NCBI GenBank assembly: GCA_031431875.1
Contig: JANPEF010000158.1
Coordinates: forward strand, 1-21,253
Reading direction: 5' to 3'
DNA length: 21,253 nucleotides
DNA from: Candidatus Eiseniibacteriota bacterium
GTDB taxonomy: Bacteria; Eisenbacteria; RBG-16-71-46; DASYSL01
A model generated the notes under the pieces. That model was not told where the DNA came from and made no database searches. It was given only the letters and a program-made list of their open reading frames with translations. A program made the position numbers and the translations under genes. Positions within the stretch are counted from its first letter, which is position 1. Every line of letters begins with the position of its first letter. Positions 19,035 to 21,253 of this stretch are shown in pieces.

Positions 19035-20408
19035 ATGTCGTTTCATGTTTCCGGCGCCGAAGGCGCCAGGTCTTTCGCAGTCGTCGCCATCGTCGCGGCC
19101 GGGCTCTGTGGCGCGCTCACCCCGACTGCCGCGCAGCAGGTGAATCGCGCCACGGCCGTGACGCGTGCGCTCGAGCGTGCCCCCGAGGCTGCGGCCGACC
19201 GCGCGGTTCGCAATGAATCTGCCGCGCTGATCGACGCCGCCGGCGGCGCGCTCGCGAACCCGCGCCTCTCGCTCGAGGGGGAGGGCGACGGCGTGGGCCC
19301 GTTCGGCGCCGAGGATCGCCTGCTTCGCCTCGGCCTGTCACAGGAACTCGACGTGCACGGCCGGCGCGGCGCCCGACGTGAGCTCGCACGCGCCGAGGGT
19401 GCGGTGACCGAGGCCGCCGTGAGCGAGCGCGAGACGGCGCTCGCCACCCGCACCTCCGAGGCGTACGGCGCGCTGCTCCTGGCGCGACGCCGCGTCGCAC
19501 TCGCCGACTCGCTCGCCGCCGCAAGCACGCGCCTCGTCGCCGCCGCGCGCGACGCGCAACGCCGCGAGACCGTCTCGCCATACGCGCTCCGCGTGCTCGC
19601 CCGCGACGAGGCCCGCCTCGCCGACGACGCACTGCGCGCCCGCGGTGCCGCGGCCGCCGCCGACGCCGCGCTGCGTTCGCTGTTGCTGGCTACGCCCGAC
19701 GAGCCACTGGTGCTGGTCGACGACCTCGACGAAGCCGCGTGGACCTGCACCCCCGATACGCTGACCGCCCGTGCCCTCGCCGCGCATCCGGCGCTGCGCG
19801 AGGCGCGTGCCGGGGAGCAGCAGCTCGGCGCCGAGTCGGCGCTTCTCGCGCGCGAGGGCCGCGCGGCACCCGAGTTCGAGTTGTTCGTGGTCAACGAGCG
19901 CGCGCACGTCGAGGGCGAGGCGTTCGGCCCCACGATCGACGCCGTGCCGGGATTCGACGGATTTTCGACCGCGCACACGATCTTCGGTGCCGGCATCACC
20001 GTGTCGCTGCCATTCGCGCACACGAACGCGTGGGAGAGCAGCCGCGCGCGCCTCTCGACCGTACGCGCCGCCGCCCAGCGCCGCCGGCTCGAGGCCGGGA
20101 TCGCGCCGGCCGTGCGCGCCGCCTGCGCCACGCTCGCCGCCGCGCAGGAGCGCGTCGTCCTGCACGCCTTCGGCGTCGCCGAGGCGGGGGAGGACGGCGT
20201 CCGCCTCGCCACCGCCTACCGCGAGGGACGCGTCGACCTCGACGCCTACCTCGCACAGCGCGATCGCCTCGCCGCGACGCTCACGGCCCGCCTCGACGCG
20301 ATCGCCGACGCCGAGGCCGCGCGCACCGAACTGAGCCGCGTCAGCGGACTCGATCCCGTCACTCTCGCCGCGTTTCTCGGCGGCGCTCCCGGAGGAACCT
20401 CGCGATGA
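19035..20408 (+). CDS. TolC/CzcC-family outer membrane efflux protein
   Basis: Signal peptide; AVTRALERAP, LANPRLSL, LSQELDVHGRRGAR, ALAAHPALR, GITVSLPF and AYREGRVD repeat motifs; ATGA overlap with the adaptor gene. Confidence 0.9.
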   Translation: MSFHVSGAEGARSFAVVAIVAAGLCGALTPTAAQQVNRATAVTRALERAPEAAADRAVRNESAALIDAAGGALANPRLSLEGEGDGVGPFGAEDRLLRLGLSQELDVHGRRGARRELARAEGAVTEAAVSERETALATRTSEAYGALLLARRRVALADSLAAASTRLVAAARDAQRRETVSPYALRVLARDEARLADDALRARGAAAAADAALRSLLLATPDEPLVLVDDLDEAAWTCTPDTLTARALAAHPALREARAGEQQLGAESALLAREGRAAPEFELFVVNERAHVEGEAFGPTIDAVPGFDGFSTAHTIFGAGITVSLPFAHTNAWESSRARLSTVRAAAQRRRLEAGIAPAVRAACATLAAAQERVVLHAFGVAEAGEDGVRLATAYREGRVDLDAYLAQRDRLAATLTARLDAIADAEAARTELSRVSGLDPVTLAAFLGGAPGGTSR

Positions 20409-21253
20409 CGACCCTTCACCCGACCCGCACGCTCGCGTGGCTCGTCCTCGCCCCGTTCCTCGTCGTTGCGCTTCTCGGCGCGCTCGCTCCCGTGCGCGCG
20501 CACGAGGGGCACGTCCACGCCGAGGCGCCGGCCGCCGCCGTGCGCCCCAGCACCGATGCCCGCGCGCCGCGCGTGGCCACCAGCGAGGAGCACGAGCTCC
20601 TCGTCCGCACCGAGCCCGTCCCGGCAGGCGCCCCGGCGCACGTCCAACTGCTGCTCGCCGACGCAACGACGAACGGGCCGATCGTGGGCGCCACGCTCGA
20701 AGTCACCCCGGCGGGGTCCGACTCGGCGTGGAGCGCGACCGCGATCGCCCCCGGGATCTACGACGTGATCGTCGCCGATCCCGCGCGCCGCCTCGACGTG
20801 CTCGTGCGCCACGGCGACACGCTCGACCTGCTCAGCGTCCATTCGCTGGCAACGGCCGCAGATACGGCATCCCCGGCCGCCGCGACGCGCCCACGCCTGC
20901 CCAGGCTGCCCGCCTGGGGCTGGATCGTCGCCGCGCTCGCTGCGCTCGGCGCGCTCCTCGGGCTCCTGCGCCGGCGGGGGGCGCGGCGTGCCGTCACCCT
21001 CCTGATCATTGCCGGGCTTGGCCTTGCGATACTCGGTTCGAGCGTCGCGCGAGCCCATGATGGTGTCGTCCACGACAACGAGAAGGAGGCATCGACCGGG
21101 GGTCCGTCCGGCGACCGCCTGATCGGCAGCGGAAGCGTCCCCGCCGGCGCGCGCTACGTCGCCAAGGAAGCGCAGTTCGAGATTGGGCTGCGCACCGACG
21201 TCGTGCGGGCCGAGACGCTGGCGCCGACGCGCTCGGCGTTCGGGACCGTGGTC
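20405..21253 (+). CDS. Heavy-metal RND efflux periplasmic adaptor (CzcB/CusB-like) with an extra N-terminal Ig-like domain; 3' end lies outside the window and it is absent from the ORF track
   Basis: Own translation, open to the window end: MTTLHPTRTLAWLVLAPFLVVALLGALAPVRA-HEGHVH...LADATTNGPIVGATLEV...PGIYDV...WGWIVAALAALGALLGLL-RRRGARR-AVTLLIIAGLGLAILGSSVARA-HDGVVH...YVAKEAQFEIGLRTDVV...FGTVV. The last segment resembles the start of a CzcB-type adaptor. Confidence 0.78.
   Translation, partial: MTTLHPTRTLAWLVLAPFLVVALLGALAPVRAHEGHVHAEAPAAAVRPSTDARAPRVATSEEHELLVRTEPVPAGAPAHVQLLLADATTNGPIVGATLEVTPAGSDSAWSATAIAPGIYDVIVADPARRLDVLVRHGDTLDLLSVHSLATAADTASPAAATRPRLPRLPAWGWIVAALAALGALLGLLRRRGARRAVTLLIIAGLGLAILGSSVARAHDGVVHDNEKEASTGGPSGDRLIGSGSVPAGARYVAKEAQFEIGLRTDVVRAETLAPTRSAFGTVV

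Overview
High-GC bacterial chromosomal window with no integrase, IS or CRISPR. The C-terminal STWGRVKALWR tail of one secreted protein resembles tails I recall from Ca. Eisenbacteria, Krumholzibacteriota and related lineages; this is an inference, not a taxonomic assignment. Gene order: partial lipid acyltransferase, GT2, surE, tRNA-Pro(CGG), RpoS-like sigma factor, apt, tandem GNAT; a LytS/LytTR two-component pair divergent from a MacB-type ABC transporter and a small secreted protein, with 21-bp-period LytTR-type direct repeats between them; HAD hydrolase and tRNA-Arg(CCT); two convergent secreted proteins; citrate synthase; YcbB/LdtD-type L,D-transpeptidase; a putative B12/light module; and the start of a heavy-metal RND efflux operon. 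The most interesting signals are four. (1) A Cys-rich exported ORF ending in RGPP sits upstream of tolC and may be a metal-sensing ribosome arrest peptide. (2) The efflux adaptor ORF appears to carry two signal peptides, each followed by a His-rich N-terminus, suggesting a polyprotein. (3) A CarH-like regulator sits with a fasciclin gene and a GAF protein whose H-box has His replaced by Arg, with 11-bp-period repeats and a structured leader between the latter two. (4) Several promoters lie 6-8 nt from an ATG, suggesting frequent leaderless translation. All calls come from reading motifs by eye; no searches were run.
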